The position numbers and the translations under genes were made by a program. A stretch of 64,000 nt of DNA, from assembly GCF_006345805.1 (NCBI RefSeq), contig NC_043005.1, positions 106,392,001 through 106,456,000 on the forward strand, in the 5' to 3' direction. Shown in pieces: positions 28,184-40,986 of this stretch. The notes under the pieces were generated by a model, which worked only from the letters and a program-made list of their open reading frames with translations, was not told where the DNA came from and ran no database searches. Position 1 is the stretch's first letter, and each line of letters opens with the position of its first letter. The DNA comes from Octopus sinensis (Eukaryota).

Positions 28184-28888
28184 TATCCGATGGCCAAAAG
28201 TCCGTTTGGCTCTTGTCGGCACTAAACTTCAAGCACTCTAATAAGTAGCTAACTTAAGTCTGTCCTTTGCGCATGTGCACTCATTGAATACTTGACACTT
28301 CAATATAGTTCAACGCAAACATGCATAGAGACAAGTTGTACTTTGTGTGCTTGGAATCACCCAGAAAATGGAGAAACGGAAGCGAATGTTTTTCTTTTTT
28401 AGGAAAAAAAAAGGCAAGGAAACATCGGAAACGTGCAGGAAGATATGCATGTGTTTGGAGAGATATTGTTACGGAAGGGGTTTGAAAGATTTCGATCGGG
28501 AAATTTTTCGGTTCAAGTTGGACATCGCTCTGCCCAACCAATTGAGATTAGCAGCTAAACCAACTTCACCATTTATACGCCCAGGATGAACACAGATATT
28601 TCCCAGATATCCAAATCAAGTGTTCAAAACCATTTGCATCATTTTGGTTACGTCAGCAGGTCCGATGTTTGGGTCCCATATCAATTGAATGAAACTAACG
28701 GATTTCCATTTGCGATTCATTTGAAAAACGTGAAGGAAACGATCCTTATTCTGAACAGAATGGTGTTAGGAGATGGAAAATGGATCGTCAATAGCAATGT
28801 AAAGCGCAAACGATCGTGGGGGAAACGCAGCGAACCACCACAAACAAAGTCCAATTAAGAAACGGACGGAATTTTTGGTCGATCCGAT
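28184..28888 (+). mobile_element. internally deleted mariner element (transposase pseudogene)
   Basis: Peptides KGKETSETCRKIC, ISKSSVQNHLHHFGYVSRSDVWVPYQL (WVPHEL motif) and LNRMVLGDGKWIV..NVKRKRSW (TGDEKW motif). Degenerate inverted ends. Confidence 0.85.
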
Positions 28889-29930
28889 GTTTGACTGCTT
28901 GTCTACATAAGACATTATTGTAACATACTAAGCAACTAATGCAAGGGTTCAAGTTTTACATGCACATTTTCACCTCGATTGCTCCTTTAAAATTTCCTTT
29001 TCTTTTTCGGTTCTTCCTTGCATTGCCGCTTTCCTTTCCACCTTGCACCCTATTCTGAAAATGGACAATGCTTTAAACATCATTTTAATTAACTTCTTTT
29101 TCTCTGAGTGTCAGACTAATAGTTTTGGTCGTGAACTCATCCTGTCTTGTGTTTTTGTTCCACCTCTATATATCTCTCTCTTTCTTTCTGTGTACTTTCC
29201 CTATATACATATTTACTACATACATACGCACACACACACACATAACGATTAATCACGTATGCAACAACTAAAGAAGACCTCAATATAATTGAAATTGAAG
29301 ACTATATTTCATATAAAATACAAGTATAGAATACTCACAGACAGTTCTTGGAGTTTCCTTGCAGCCAAAGATAAGAAGTCAGCCGATTTCCAATCAGTAT
29401 TCAAGGTCCCTACAAGCATTCATCAGTTCTCATGTAAGACTAACGCCGAGAAACTCCGACTACTCTGAGTGTTGCTTGCTTGTATTTTCTATATACTCAC
29501 ATAGCTATGAGCCCAGTGTTTTGTGCTCTACACTGGCAAGAAACTCTAGACCACCGAGTTACTTGTGCAGCTCTTCTCTAATTATGTACTTTACTTAGCA
29601 TATACTTAACTTAATGAATCGAGCTGTATCTCTCACATTTATAAAAACCAAAACCATGTATGCGTATATGCATAATATTTATGCGTATACACATGTATAA
29701 AATGGCTGCTCTTTTTTTTGTCTCTGCTTATTCGTAGGCATTATAGCTTTGAATGCCGTTGTATATATATACTGACTGTATTTGTGCAAGCAGTACGTAT
29801 GTCAGTGTCTGCACATATGTGTAAGTTTACACGTACAGTTTGCTTCAGCCTGTGGTATTTTCCTCATTATCTATTAAAAGTTTTCTCTTGTCCCCTGTTT
29901 GAAATTATCTGCATATACATATATATATAT

Positions 29931-29970
<40 letters not shown>

Positions 29971-29987
29971 TATTCATAATTTTATTT

Positions 29988-30023
<36 letters not shown>

Positions 30024-30402
30024 TATTCATAATTTTATTTTATTTTATATATATATATATATGTATATATATAATGTGTTTTTAAATTTCGAAATTTTTA
30101 AAGCTTGTCAGCTAAATGTTATACGTTAAACTCGCCTTACCCAACCCTATTCCAGACTCGGCTGTCGTTGCAATTTCTTTCCAGGATGGGGGTGGTGGTG
30201 ATGGAGGTGGGGGTAGATTCAGTAATTAGCATGGCTTTTTGCATAATAATATTGCGGATTTTTCAAATTCATTGCTTACCATTTTGTGTAACTAAGGAAC
30301 TAATGATAGGGTATTAACGATTGATTAGTAGCGAAATGTCAAAAGATGCTGAAATAATGAATCAATTTCTATGCCTCCCTATTTTCGAATATATCAAAGA
30401 GT

Positions 30403-30439
30403 AATAATAATAATATCAACAACAACAATAATAGTAATT

Positions 30440-30472
<33 letters not shown>

Positions 30473-30570
30473 TAATAATAATAATAATAATAATAACAAT
30501 AATAATAAAAATAATAAAGATAATAACAACAGCAAAAATAATGATAGGGATAATAACGATAATAATAATG
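30403..30570. repeat. (AAT)n microsatellite
   Basis: Directly visible. Confidence 0.9.
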
Positions 30571-30884
30571 TTTTATTTTTCGGTATTTCGTTTTATGTAT
30601 TTCGTTTTATAATGTTTAATTTTTGTTTTCGTTTTTCAAAAGGATATTTTTGTTTTAATTTTGGTTTATATTTTTTTCTGCATTTTTCTTCGTTATTTTT
30701 TCCTCTCTTAAATATTTTCATATAATTTATATTTCACTAAACTGAACATTTATTGCCATTTATTGAAATAGCTGAGGTGCGCGCGCGTTCAGACACACGC
30801 ATACAACCGCACGAATATAAATATATATATACATATATATATAATGTATATATATATGTATATGTATAATATATATATATATAG

Positions 30885-30941
<57 letters not shown>

Positions 30942-32501
30942 GTATATATATATATATATATATTCATATACCTGATTATCAAAGAGAAATGTGTATACAA
31001 AAATACAAACGCTTTGGTAAACATCTATACATGAGTTTATGTGTGTGCGTGTTTGTGTATGCATGTACGTATGTATATATATATATATGAATGTATGTAT
31101 GTGTATATATATGTATACACACACCTATATATATATGCAGATGCTGCAGTTTGTCAACAAAAGAAGAAAGTACTCAATGCATGGCGTGAAGTAAAGTATA
31201 TTGCCTAATTAAATTGGCACCCTTCCCTAGCTAATCGTGTTTTACGCCATACTAATCTTCGGGTGATCGGTGACACACTCACACACACACACATACGCAC
31301 ACGCACACACCACACCACACACATCACACCACACCACACACACTCTCACATATGCATATACAGATTTAAACGAATCCAAGAAATCGTAACTGGAGCAGGT
31401 ACTGATGTAGATTAAAGAACGTGCATTAATGTAGTTCTTATATAACCTAGAACATCATTACTTAGAATGACACACTTAGATTTTCCCATACATTCGGCTG
31501 ATGGCATTACATCAATTCGTGCAGTTTTTGCAATTCCGAAAACAAGAAGATACCCAAACTGATCTCAGAGATGCAACAATATCACCCTCAACAAAAGAGG
31601 CAACCGCGTCTGCCTTGCAACAACCACGATTGCCTTACAGCAACCGCGTTTGCCTTACCCACTGTGGGCAACACAAACATCTCTATTCCGTTTCTTTTGA
31701 CGCACGAAAGGGGCCAGCCAAACCCGGATGTCCAGAAAACTTCATTGTAATGAAAGGCTTCTGCATAACATCAAATGAATCTGAAATTCTATACAAATTT
31801 TGCACAAGAGAAAGTCCTCATATTTTTTTTACAAAAGAAAGTACTCAATGCATGGTTTAAAGTATATTGCTTAATTAATTTGTGGTCAGAGCGAAATTAT
31901 GATTGGGATACCAAATTGCTTAGACTTTTTCTATCTCCCTATCAGCTTTGATCGAACTCATGAAAGTAATTCGATACAGAGATTAGATCATGTATGTTGG
32001 AGCCAACACTCAGTACAAACTGACAATCTCAATAACAATTGTGAGCATAGAAGGCAGCGTGTAGTGACCAAAATTGCTCTTTCTTTTTTACATCCGAAAC
32101 AACATATGACGATATACTACCGAATTTGTAGAACCCTCGTTAGCCTATATACTAACAAGTATGTATGTATGTATGCATTTATGTATGTATATATGTATGT
32201 ATGTATGTATAAACACAATAAACACATACGAAGACGCAAATACAAACATATATGTTTATATGAGGTGGGGGTATGTAGGTATCTATGCATATATGTATAT
32301 AAAAACGTATAGGCATAAAAATAGACTTTATTTTGTTATAATTTTTCGGCAAAGGAAAGGGTTTTCAAGATAAATTGTATTGAAACATGTAACGAAAAAA
32401 AGTCAATGAAACCATTTTTATAAACCAAGTCTATTGTATGCAGTATTTTATTTCCTTTTAATAGTTAACGGTATTTATCTTCCATTATACACTAACTGTA
32501 T

Positions 32502-32572
<71 letters not shown>

Positions 32573-32596
32573 TATGTATATATATATGTATACATA

Positions 32597-32637
<41 letters not shown>

Positions 32638-33071
32638 GTATATATATATATGTATATATATATACACTCTTTTATTTCTTTTAATAGTGAATTGAATTAG
32701 AAGAGATCTCTACTGTTTGTTTCGTTATATATATATATATATATAACAGTGTTATAATTGGGGTTATATCGTACACATGTTGGGTCAGGATAGATTTTCT
32801 AAAGTAATAGACTCAATTAAAATGTAATTAAACGGTGACATTCATACGCACACACGCACACATAAACAAACATACATGCATGCATACATATATAAATACA
32901 TACATACACGCATACATACATATAACGTACATACATACGCTCACCCCATAATTGCTTTCGGTACACCCGGCCCCTCACACACAAACAGTTGCATGCAAAA
33001 TCTCTTTCTGTCTTGGTTCTTTTACTTAACTGTCAATTTATCCTTATACATATGTACATGAATATTTTTGT

Positions 33072-33277
33072 CTTTACTCTCTTTTACTTGTGGCCATGCT
33101 GGAGCACCGCCTTTAGTCGAGCAAATCGACGCCAGGACTTACTCTTTATAAGCCTAGTATATATTCTATCGGTCTCTTTTGCCGAACCGCTAGTTTACAG
33201 GGACGTAAACACACCACCATCGGTTGTCAAGCGATGTTGGGGGGAAAACACAGACACATAACATATACACACACAAG

Positions 33278-33313
<36 letters not shown>

Positions 33314-33467
33314 TTATACGACGGGCTTCTTTCAGTTTCTGTCTACCTAATCCACACACAAGGCCCGAGGCTATACTAGAAGACACTTGCCCAAGGTGCC
33401 ACGTAGTGGGAATGAACCCGGAACCATGTGGTTGGTAAGCAAGCTACTTACCACACAGCCACTCCTG
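33072..33467 (-). mobile_element. SINE family B
   Basis: Match with small deletions. Confidence 0.88.
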
Positions 33468-33740
33468 CTCTCATACATATTTTGTGCGTATATATGTACA
33501 TGTATACCAAAATGCTTTTACACCCACCCACATACACACACATACATATATGATGTATACATACATATCCATGCATATATGTAATTATAGATTACTCAGA
33601 CAGTCTTTGTTATTACTAATACTCCATGTTACACTCAATTGATACTCTAAGTCTTTTATTTTTTGTTTTTGTTCAGGTAAAAAACGTCTGAACAAAACGC
33701 TTCACATTGCGCATCTTTCCAGAGTAACAAAATTGACACC

Positions 33741-33815
33741 TCTGATGTTCAGATGTAATTGTCCAGATGTTATGTTCAGATGTAATGTCCAGATGCTATG
33801 TCCAGATGTAATGTC
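33741..33815. repeat. 12-13-bp minisatellite (TGTCCAGATGTA-like), ~5-6 units
   Basis: Directly visible. Confidence 0.8.
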
Positions 33816-34221
33816 TGTAGAAAAAGAATATATGTACATTTATAAAAATATTAACCAAACTCAGTTTATTAGACCGTGTGGAAAAAGAAACTGTCAATGT
33901 TTCGAGCAAAAGCTCTTTTTCCAGTTAGGGGTAAAATAACATTTAAAAAATCTGAACAGGTAATTTATACGTCTGTTTTTAAAGACTTATTTCGATCTGT
34001 TTCTAAGATAAATCTAGACATTTAGAGGAATTCAAGCAAGTGGCATCTCTGTGCGGGAATAATCAGGTAAAGTTTTTTGCCAGTGATTCATAAACTGATA
34101 CAGATTAATTACAAGATGAGGAGAAACAGTGTCTTCCAAAGAATTAAGAGGGGTCGCATGCAATTTTGAATATTTCTGTAGTCCAGAAGTGTTTAGTAGT
34201 GTTTGCAGTATTGGTATTACT

Positions 34222-34594
34222 CTCTCTTTTACTCTTTTACTCTTTTGGAGCACCGCCTTTAGTCGAGCAAATCGACCCCGGGACTTATTCTTTGTAAGCC
34301 CAGTACTTATTCTATCGGTCTCTTTTGCCGAACCGCTAAGTGACGGGGACATAAACACACCAGCATCGGTTGTCAAGCTAGGGTGACAAACACAGGCACA
34401 CAAACATATATACACACATATATATATACATATATACGACAGGCTTCTTTCAGTTTCCGTCTACCAAATCCACTCACAAGGCATTGGTCGGCCCGGGGCT
34501 ATAGCAGAAGACACTTGCCCAAGATGCCAGGCAGTGGGACTGAACCCGGAACCATGTGGTTGGTTAGCAAGCTACTTACCACACAGCCACTCCT
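34222..34594 (-). mobile_element. SINE family B
   Basis: Match with small deletions. Confidence 0.88.
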
Positions 34595-34937
34595 GTATAA
34601 CGAAGGAATTTAAGGAACGCTGTTTCGGCCTCTCATTATAGCGTTTGTTCGTCAGTAAATATTTGACTGTTTAGATTTCCTTTGAATAAGGTTGAAAATA
34701 AGTGTGTCCTCATAAATATGTGCGCAGTTCTTCTTGTAAATATGATCACATGACAAGATTTAAGTACTGTGGTTATATGTGTATACCAAAACAGTATTAT
34801 ACACATCTACATACACATACTACACACTCACACGCACACACACATATGCACAGGCACACGTATAAATGCATACACACAGCTCTTAAGAAATGATAAACAA
34901 TCAAGCAAGCAATCAATGTATCAATAAGATCTAATTA

Positions 34938-35138
34938 TTTCTACAATAAGCACAAGGCTTGAAACTTTAAGGGAGGAGGCTTGTCGATTTCATTGACCCA
35001 AGTACTTCACTGGTATCTGTTTTATCAATTCCGAAAGGACGAAGGGCAAAGTTGACCTCGATGGAACTTGACTTCAGAACATAAAGACGGACGAAATGCT
35101 GCTTAGCACTTTACCCGGCTCATCAGCGATTCTACCAG
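34938..35138 (-). mobile_element. degenerate SINE family A (alternative tail)
   Basis: GCACAAGGC...CCGAAAGGACGAAGGGCAAAGTTGACCTCG...CAGAAC. Confidence 0.75.
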
Positions 35139-35379
35139 TTGACTGTCTTACTACGATAAAACATAACGAAACAAATCAACAAGCGATTAGGAATCGATAA
35201 AATTGTAACAACGAAACTATAGAAATTAACGTTGCTTTTTAACATGGCGGAAGGAATATATTCACTCGCAGATAAATTTACCTTGTTACAGACTCCTTGG
35301 GAATAAAATTTCAGTTCTAACTTTCCACCTTTTTCCACTATTCTAATTTTATATTTCTTAATTTTTTACAATCCTTAAC

Positions 35380-35401
35380 TATACTATATATATATATAGA
35401 T

Positions 35402-35457
<56 letters not shown>

Positions 35458-35513
35458 GTGTATATATATATATATATAATATATATATAATATATATGTT
35501 ATATATATATATT

Positions 35514-35555
<42 letters not shown>

Positions 35556-35641
35556 ATATATATATACTAATATATACTATAATATATATATATTTATATA
35601 TATCTATATTACATCATCTATATATACATACTAGATAAGAG

Positions 35642-35705
<64 letters not shown>

Positions 35706-35710
35706 AGATG
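35380..35710. repeat. (TA)n and (GA)n microsatellites
   Basis: Directly visible. Confidence 0.9.
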
Positions 35711-36471
35711 ACAGACGGACAGAGATGAAATGGATGTGGACATGCATGCGTGTATTTGTATTAAGACACCTAGCAGTATTGCAATATAACACTGACTATC
35801 AAAGGCTACATCTAAATCCAAGTCTCTTATGGGATTTGTGAACAGATAACCATATTTATATAAGTGTTTTGTGAGTGTGAGTATATATTTGTGTGTATGG
35901 GTGTGTGGGGGAATGCATTATGTATGAGTCTGTGTGAGATTATGTGTTTGTGAGATTATGTATTTGTGTATAAAAGCTCGTATGGACATATGAAAATGAA
36001 AAACATTACACATAAAAATAAGAAATATTTTTTTAAAAAGATATATCTCAAATAGAAATTTCACACATGTACACACAGTCAAACGCATGCTCAGAGAGAG
36101 AGAGAGTTGTTTGCTAATAACGATGATCTAACTGAAGTGAATTGTAATATGACGACTGACGCTGAATTATAAATTTTAATCATTAGGAATTACATTTCTG
36201 TGGCTGCCATTTTGAACATCGATTCCTTCGTATTGTCATTGTATGTTTATTATGACTTTGACATAAGTGTGTGTTTTAAAGGGCGGCCGTTATTATTTCT
36301 GTTATTTTTATTATACCTCAACTGGGCTGCTGAAGACAATTCTTTGGATATGCTTATGTGCGCAACATTCTTGACAAAGGAGGGATTTAATCCTCTTGAA
36401 ATCTCTGAATATTTGTAGCCACGGCTACTAAGTTGAGTGAGTGATACGGACAAAATTATACACGTGCATTC

Positions 36472-36532
<61 letters not shown>

Positions 36533-36536
36533 CACA

Positions 36537-36592
<56 letters not shown>

Positions 36593-36609
36593 ATCTTTCC
36601 TTTTCCTAT

Positions 36610-36644
36610 GTTTCTGACGAAGAGCTCCGCTCGAAACGTTAAAT
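36610..36644 (+). ncRNA. minimal hammerhead ribozyme in a PLE-type terminal fragment (36591-36745)
   Basis: GUUU CUGACGA A GAGC-UCC-GCUC GAAAC GUU AAAU. Loopless palindromic stem III (AACGUU). Confidence 0.7.
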
Positions 36645-36743
36645 CCAATCCTCTTCTTTTTTTCCTTCCTGAGCGTCCAACAACACTATACTTGTTCCAC
36701 GTCCTCGCGTTATTTTTTTCTCTTGTTTCATGTATGGATTAAC

Positions 36744-36793
<50 letters not shown>

Positions 36794-36875
36794 CCAAACG
36801 GGAAAACAAAAAACAAACAACAATGAACAATTACAGTATTATTATTATAGGCGCTCAGGAAATGGAAGCAGGAAG

Positions 36876-36912
36876 GTATGACGTTTCGAGCGGAGCTCTT
36901 CGTCGGAACATA
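36876..36912 (-). ncRNA. minimal hammerhead ribozyme (CCGACGA variant), inverted homolog of 36610
   Basis: CCGACGA A GAGC-UCC-GCUC GAAAC GUC with weak stem I. Flanks are homologous to 36591-36745. Confidence 0.6.
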
Positions 36913-38057
36913 AAGAAGGAAGAGAGAGGAAAGAAAGATCCAAACGGGCAACAGAGGATAGAGAAAAAAAACGACTGGTGTTTACGAGTTACACATGGTG
37001 AAAGGCGGAAGTTTACGATAACAAGAGCAAAGTAGGTTTTTAAAGCCAAAAGAGTGGAGACAAGGTTGGTAACGCAACAGATGTGTGTGTATGTGTGAGT
37101 GTGTGCGTGTGCGTGTGTGTATGTGTGTGTGTGAGGAGAGATAAAAAAACAGAAAATATATGTATGTGTTAGTGTGTGCGTCTGTGTGTAGGGTGTGAGG
37201 TAGGGCGAGACAGTGGTAGGCATAGCAGACAGTGGTCAGTAGTAAGAAAAAGAAGGAAGAGGAAGGGAGGGAGGGGAAGGGTGGGGGCGTATGTAGCGTG
37301 CCAGCGTGTGTTGAGTAGTAGTGTGTGTGTGTGTCCAGTGTCGTGGTAGTATTAATGGCGAGTAGATTGAATGTGTGTAAGAGTATGTATATATTTAAGC
37401 AATGTGTGTATATGTGTGCGCGTGTGTGTAACAAAAAAAAGGGGGGGGGTTAAGGAAAAAGGACTCCAGCTGAGGGGAAGATGGAAGAGTGGTCCCGCGG
37501 AGACGGGCGTGGGAAACCCAACGACAAGCGACGGTCCAGGAACGAGCGGGAGGTCTCGTCGGGTCCAAGAGCGAGGTGCATGCGGCGCGTATGCGTGCGC
37601 GAACCGGCGCAAGCGCGTGTGTGCGCGCGCCCCGAGTAGTGCGCGTAAGTATGTATGTGGTGTGGATGTGTGAGTGTGTCTGTGTGTATGTCTGGGTGTC
37701 AGTGTGTCCGATGAATGTATGTGAGTATGTGTGTATATATGTGTGTGCATAGATGTATGTCCGTGTGTGTGTGTGTGTGTATGTGTATGAGTGTGTATGT
37801 ATGTACGTGTGGGTGTGTGGAAGTGTGTGTATGTATGTGTGTGTAGGATGCATGTATGGGTGTATGTATGTGTGTGTGTATGTATGTATGTGTACGTGCG
37901 TGTGTGTGTGTATGCGTGTAGGTGTGCGCGTGTGCATGCATGCATGCATGTGCGTATGTGTGTGTGTGTGTGCATGTGTGTGGGTATATATGTATGTGCG
38001 TATATGTGTGTGTATGTGCGTACATGTGTGTGTGTGTATGCATGTGTGTGTATGTAG

Positions 38058-38094
<37 letters not shown>

Positions 38095-38195
38095 ATATTT
38101 CGGGACGGTCATTTCGTTTTTGCCAAATAAACACACGCACTATATATTCATTCTTCACTCGTTTATTGCTGTTCTTATTTTATCTTAAGTCCATT

Positions 38196-38240
38196 GTCTG
38201 AAAATCTTTCGACACACATCTGTGACCTCCTCAGCGATCC
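38196..38240 (-). ncRNA. degenerate hammerhead-like motif
   Basis: CUGAGGA GGUCACA-GA-UGUGUGUC GAAAG AUU UUC in a 200-bp island between two (TA)n tracts. Stems imperfect. Confidence 0.35.
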
Positions 38241-38374
38241 TTTCCGTTCACGCGCATCCTTCTGCTATGCTTAGTTGATTTTCTTCTCTCCCTCTGTATA
38301 TATATATATATGCAAACATGCATGTACATATATGCACAGATGCATACATGCACACACACACAGAAACACAAATT

Positions 38375-38737
38375 TACCTTTTAACATTTACTTGTTCGAA
38401 TCAATGAACTGCGGCCATACTGGAGCATCACTTTAAAAGATTTCCGTCTACCAAATTAATTGCAGTACTTATTTTTAAAACCAAGTATTATTGTATTGCT
38501 CTGTTTTGCCGAGCCGCCAGGTTATTGGGACGTAAACAAACGAATTCCGGTTGTCAAGCATGGTGATGGAAAGCACAAATTTAGACACACACATACATAA
38601 ACAGCCGGCTTCCACAAGGTTTCCGTCTACCAAATTCATGCACGTGGCATCGGTCAACACAGGGGCTATATCGAAAAACGCCATTGTGCCAAGCAGTGAA
38701 ACCGAAACCACGTCACCATATAACCATACCTGCGCCT
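38375..38737 (-). mobile_element. old degenerate SINE family B
   Basis: CTGCGGCCATACTGGAGCA...TTTTGCCGAGCCGC...GTTTCCGTCTACCAAATT. Confidence 0.7.
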
Positions 38738-38958
38738 ATAAAGCCACACGCACATACCATGAAATTAACCCTCATGGGCTATTATAACCATTACAACTAG
38801 TCCTTCCTCCCTAGAATGTCAACACACTGGAATTTTTCTCCATGTCAAACTTTTTCTCTGCAACCAAACATCGAACAGCCATCTCTATAGAACTATTCGT
38901 GAGAAACATTAACAGTACAGATTTCACTGGTCTCAGAGCGCCCGACAACGCTCAGAGC

Positions 38959-39679
38959 CAGGGTCAGCTCAAGATACCAGCAACTCGGGCAGTCGTCCGG
39001 GGCGTGAAATTTTTTCCCACGCGAGTTCCGGACCCCAGTTATGAACTCATTTACATACAGCTAATCAGAGCTCAACTACCAAATTAATTTATGAGCGCGT
39101 AAGTGATGGGCGATAAGATAAGGTCCCTTGGGTAAGGAATGACCATGCTTCTTTTCTCTTTGGATAATGCTTGTTGTTCTTGTTTTTCGTTTCAACCATG
39201 GTTGCCTCTGTGTAGTTATTTGTGTTGTTGTTTGCTTTGTAAAGCAGTAAGGGGAGAGGGTTGCCAGCACATCACACTCTACTCACATTTCTCCCATCCA
39301 CATCTTTACCATATGGGGCCCCTAATAAAATCCGATAACAGGTATAGATGCAAATCTATCTAATTCCTTGTCTCCTAAAATCAGGCATAACTTGACGATT
39401 AGTCGACTTACAACACTGTTTTTCGTCTTGAGTTTACTTGGTAGAATGTGTTTGTTAACTTGACAACAAGATCAAGGTGAGCTCTGATTGGCTATATGCA
39501 AATGCGTTTATTACTTGGGTCCGGAACTCACGTGGGAAAAAATTTTCGCGCCCGGGGCGCCATGTGATAGGGGGTGCCCAGGAGGGCGTGACAAAGACAA
39601 AGAAATTTCCACGACCGTCAACATGTACACGCCGAAGTTTAGCTTCCCCGGGGAGCCAGCAACCCTAGTGCCGGCCCTC
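38959..39679. mobile_element. hAT-type non-autonomous element (MITE)
   Basis: Termini CAGGGTCAGC / GCCGGCCCTC. Perfect 8-bp TSD CTCAGAGC at 38951-38958 and 39680-39687. ~80-bp subterminal inverted repeats at 38997-39074 and 39478-39558. Confidence 0.85.
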
Positions 39680-40315
39680 CTCAGAGCAAAGGTCTCATTC
39701 TCAAGACTCTATCAATACAAAGCAAAGCGTAAGAAATCATTATTCGGGACGTCACATCACTATCCACAGCTCGCGCTGCCTTCCTCTGACCCCGCCCATT
39801 TTTCTCAAGAAAACAGTTCGATTGGTTGCATTGATAATCAGGATTGTTGTTGTTGACGTCATAGCTTTATGTTACTGTTGCTCTTGTAGGTGTTGTTGTT
39901 ATCAACCATACTAAGTAAATCCTTATCCGAACTACTTTATATTTGCTTTCAAGGACGTTTCAGGTAAAAAAAGGAAAACTCTTTTAAGTTTCTTCTACCA
40001 ATCTGTGTGAATGTGTGTGTGTGTGTGCATGCATATGCAGGCACACATACACGTGCACTACTAACACATACATATATATTCTGTTTCCACCTTTCTTTTC
40101 TCCTCCACTCTCTTTCTCGTTCTCTGTATATAAATATGTAAACATGCTTACTTCATACATATAAGCATACCTACCTACCTACCTACCTACCTACCTACCT
40201 ACCTACCTACCTACCACCTACCTACCTACCTACCAACCTACCTACCTACTTTCCGACCTACACGCATGCATATATATTTCTTTACTACCCACAAGGAGCT
40301 AAACACATGCAAAAA

Positions 40316-40353
40316 CTGTCCGATGAACGGCAACGGGAAACTAAGAGTAACAG
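40316..40353 (+). ncRNA. hammerhead ribozyme-like motif (CCGAUGA variant)
   Basis: CUGU CCGAUGA ACGGCAACGG GAAAC U-AAG-A GUA ACAG. Perfect stems I and III, damaged stem II. The segment runs into (TA)n at 40459. Confidence 0.55.
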
Positions 40354-40489
40354 ATTTTGTTGAATTTTCTGCTGCTTTAAATAAAGCATATTACTCTACC
40401 ACTGGTATTTGAGTACTCTTTTTTCCACCTTGTTTCACATTTATGTGTTTACTCCGGTATATATATGTATATATATATATATATATATA

Positions 40490-40927
40490 AGAATATTTTG
40501 CGTAATAAGATAAAAAACCAGGGCTGTGTAGATAGAGCATTTATAGCTAGAAGGTCTTACAGCTGTTTCTAGGATATTTATTAATCATATCCCTTCATCG
40601 GAGACGGTGTGAGAGGATGGTTAAGTCATAGTTAGTTTAGATGTGATGCAAAATAGCGATTGAGGTGGAGGAAAGAAAATAGTTGTGAATCCATTTTTTA
40701 GGCATAATGGTATATATGCAATATTCCAATATCTTTTGAGTAAAATCCAAAAGTTCAACAGTGTTTAAAATAGGTCCTTCCACGTATAGAGTTTATACGC
40801 AATGTAAGATTCCTTTATGAGAGAGATCCAGCACATTTTTAAACTTGGTCATTCTATGGTCTGTCTATAGCACTTATTCAGCATTACCTGACACCTTTGG
40901 GTTTCAATGATACCATTATCTTTAACA
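40490..40927 (-). mobile_element. probable Penelope-like 3' terminal remnant
   Basis: Bounded by (TA)n on both sides. Hammerhead at 40554-40605; same family as 13440-14225. Confidence 0.6.
40554..40605 (-). ncRNA. minimal type I hammerhead ribozyme (CCGAUGA variant)
   Basis: GUCU CCGAUGA A GGGAUAU-GAUUAAUAA-AUAUCCU A GAAAC AGCU GUA AGAC. Perfect stem I; the stem II loop differs from the 13505 copy. Confidence 0.7.
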
Positions 40928-40930
40928 TAT

Positions 40931-40979
<49 letters not shown>

Positions 40980-40986
40980 ATATCTA

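Noticed and set aside
34612-34660. Minus-strand CUGACGA...GAAACAGCGUU as a hammerhead
   Set aside because: Stems I and II do not pair.
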